Assembly (NCBI GenBank): GCA_046563655.1
Contig: CM102286.1
Coordinates: forward strand, 11,036,001 to 11,100,000
Direction: 5' to 3'
Length of the DNA: 64,000 bases
DNA from: Yuukianura sp. NJ FZ-2021
Lineage: Eukaryota
Shown here: positions 62,061 through 64,000 of the stretch, in pieces
Numbering within the stretch: position 1 is the first letter of the stretch
Layout of the letters: the number at the start of each line of letters is the position of its first letter
Notes under the pieces: model-generated
Told to the model about the DNA's origin: nothing
What the model saw: the letters and a program-made list of their open reading frames with translations, nothing else
Databases searched by the model: none
Translations under genes and position numbers: made by a program

Positions 62061-62836
62061 TTCTATATTCACACATGGGGGGGGGGTTTAAGGTAATAGG
62101 GCAGGTTGTGTACCTAGGTCGGGGATGAAATTAACGTCGAACAGAACGAAGGGAGAAAATATTCTGAGTGGTGAGGGGGGGGAGGCTTGTGTATAAACTA
62201 GCTTGGGTGAGTGTTGGTGTCGAATCCATTCTAGAAAAGTGTGCGGCGCAGGGTGGAGGGGATTCCGGGAGAAATGTGAAGCAATAATGGCCCTTAGTCC
62301 GTTTTTCTGCAGTTCCTCTTCATTCATTCTTCTCAATAGAGCCCTTCGGGAACGGAGCCTGTCCTTTTCCCTTCGTGCTGAAAACTAAGTTAGACAACAG
62401 GGAAAGGCGGCCTCCGAACCCTTCGAATCCCCCATTCCCTTTATTCCTAAAGTATTGTGATAGAATTGAGCCACCTAGTACAATAAGGACGGCCGTCGGA
62501 TAACAGAATGAAAGTGGAATCTGGGCACAAATCTGTACCAGAAAACGAAACGCCACGGATTTGGAAACTGGAAAGTGGGAATGGCGGCAAAGCAAAACAA
62601 TCCATCTTTGCGCTTTCAATAAAATTAAGCTAAAAATGATACAGGCGTAGGTTTTCGTCCAAAGCATCCCGCCTATTAAAGTGTGGGGGGTCCGGAGGGA
62701 CCCTGAACGAGAGGGATCCAGAGGCACCACTGAACACAATATAGTACGAATTCCCTTTTACATTTTCATATTTCAGTTTCGAATCCTTCATAAACTGGCT
62801 CAGTTGTGTTCGCGATTCCGAAGAGATAACATCAAC

Positions 62837-63259
62837 ATGGGAGGTATTAATCAATTATACATCGACTATGTCATTCCTATTTCTCCCAGAACCGAAAAAG
62901 AAACAAAAAAGCTGAGCTTTGTTCGTGGTAAAAATGGGAAACTTTCATGCCCTTATTGCCCAAAAGAGTTTGCCCGGAAAGACACCGTAAAGCGGCATGT
63001 TATTAACTTCCATTCACCACAAGTCGGAGGTGGAAAAACGGAAAACACGGAAAGCATGGAAGAAAGTCCATCTTCTCAAAGTGAAAGTAGCCTAGCTTCC
63101 GAAGAAAACAACGATTCGGAGGACGACCTGGAGAACGATTCGGAGATTTCTGCGGAAACAATTAAGCTCATTTTACACCTACTTAAGAATGCTCAAGCCG
63201 GAACTCAAAGATTAACAAAAAAACTTCTATACCAAGTAATAACGGATGCTGACCCTTAA
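62837..63259 (+). CDS. Intronless small protein with one C2H2 zinc finger and an acidic tract (probably mobile-element derived)
   Basis: CPYCPKEFARKDTVKRHVINFH followed by an S/E/D-rich segment. Confidence 0.55.
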   Translation: MGGINQLYIDYVIPISPRTEKETKKLSFVRGKNGKLSCPYCPKEFARKDTVKRHVINFHSPQVGGGKTENTESMEESPSSQSESSLASEENNDSEDDLENDSEISAETIKLILHLLKNAQAGTQRLTKKLLYQVITDADP

Positions 63260-64000
63260 GTGCTTTCTTCGCTGCCCTGTGGAGTTTGCCAACATGGCAC
63301 ATTACATAACATCACGCTCCGCTCCACCGCGCCTGATTCCGCTCTACCCCACCTCACCCCACCCCACCCCACCCCACCTCATCCCGCCCCTCCCCACCTC
63401 ACTCCACCACCCGACCTCACCCCGCCACACCCCGCCTGACCACATTCGGTCCCAGCGCAGTAGAAATCAGGAAAACTAAAAAGAATGTAACATAACAATG
63501 GAAACTTTAAATTCGCCACTGACTGAGTGAGTCGTCTTCGGTCTGTACTATCACACAGATCGATACTAAAAGCAGTGGAAAAATAACTATTAAACCAGGC
63601 ACATTTCCAATTTTCAGTTCATTTGCAATCAAAGGTTTGACCCAAACACTTTGATTACTCTATTTGACTTGAAGAGTGCGAGTTTCTCCGCCAGACACGA
63701 TTAGACACAAACAATTGCGTCCTTGTTGAAAGCCAATACTCTAATTGAATTGTTGGACAACCGAGATCTACGGCGTCAAATCCCTTCCAGGTGGACTTCC
63801 GAACACTCTCGGTGATTCTATTTTAGGAAGTTGGCAGTATTGCAACATTTAATTTTCTTCGTATTAGGAAACTGGTCGACCTTTGTTTTGAACTACTATA
63901 GAAAACTCCACTCATATTTTTAGAAGGTAGAGCTGCTTCAGCCTGGTCCCAACACAATGAACAAGTCAAAGAGAAAGCCAATTCGAAAAAGAAAGGTACG

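Overview
This is eukaryotic, intron-containing, gene-dense arthropod DNA. A soil hexapod such as a springtail is my inference from the compact introns, OBP/IR genes, a type I PKS and a fungal-like laccase. Left half (all minus strand unless noted): a CYP2-clan P450, an intronless ionotropic receptor, a small multi-pass membrane protein, a secreted multicopper oxidase with fungal-laccase motifs, two Cys-rich secreted orphans, an unknown plus-strand gene, a large type I polyketide synthase, a micro-exon odorant-binding protein and a plus-strand SLC22 transporter. Right half: dynactin p150Glued (with a nested antisense ELOVL elongase), cyclin K, eEF2 (with an intronic double-guide C/D snoRNA), a truncated sidekick fragment and a probable large mobile element. 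The main discovery is at 18930-27532 (-). Six small exons, missed or only fragmentarily shown by the ORF track, encode a complete but catalytically degenerate glycogenin-like (GT8) domain spliced in frame onto a KS-AT-DH-ER-KR-ACP PKS whose KR and DH catalytic residues are lost. It looks like a chimera of a host glycogenin and a bacterial-type PKS, lying near a laccase, a P450, a carrier protein and a transporter. Several hAT-like MITEs with 8-bp TSDs are present, including one that duplicated the cyclin K start codon. Exon boundaries were read by eye and no searches were run.
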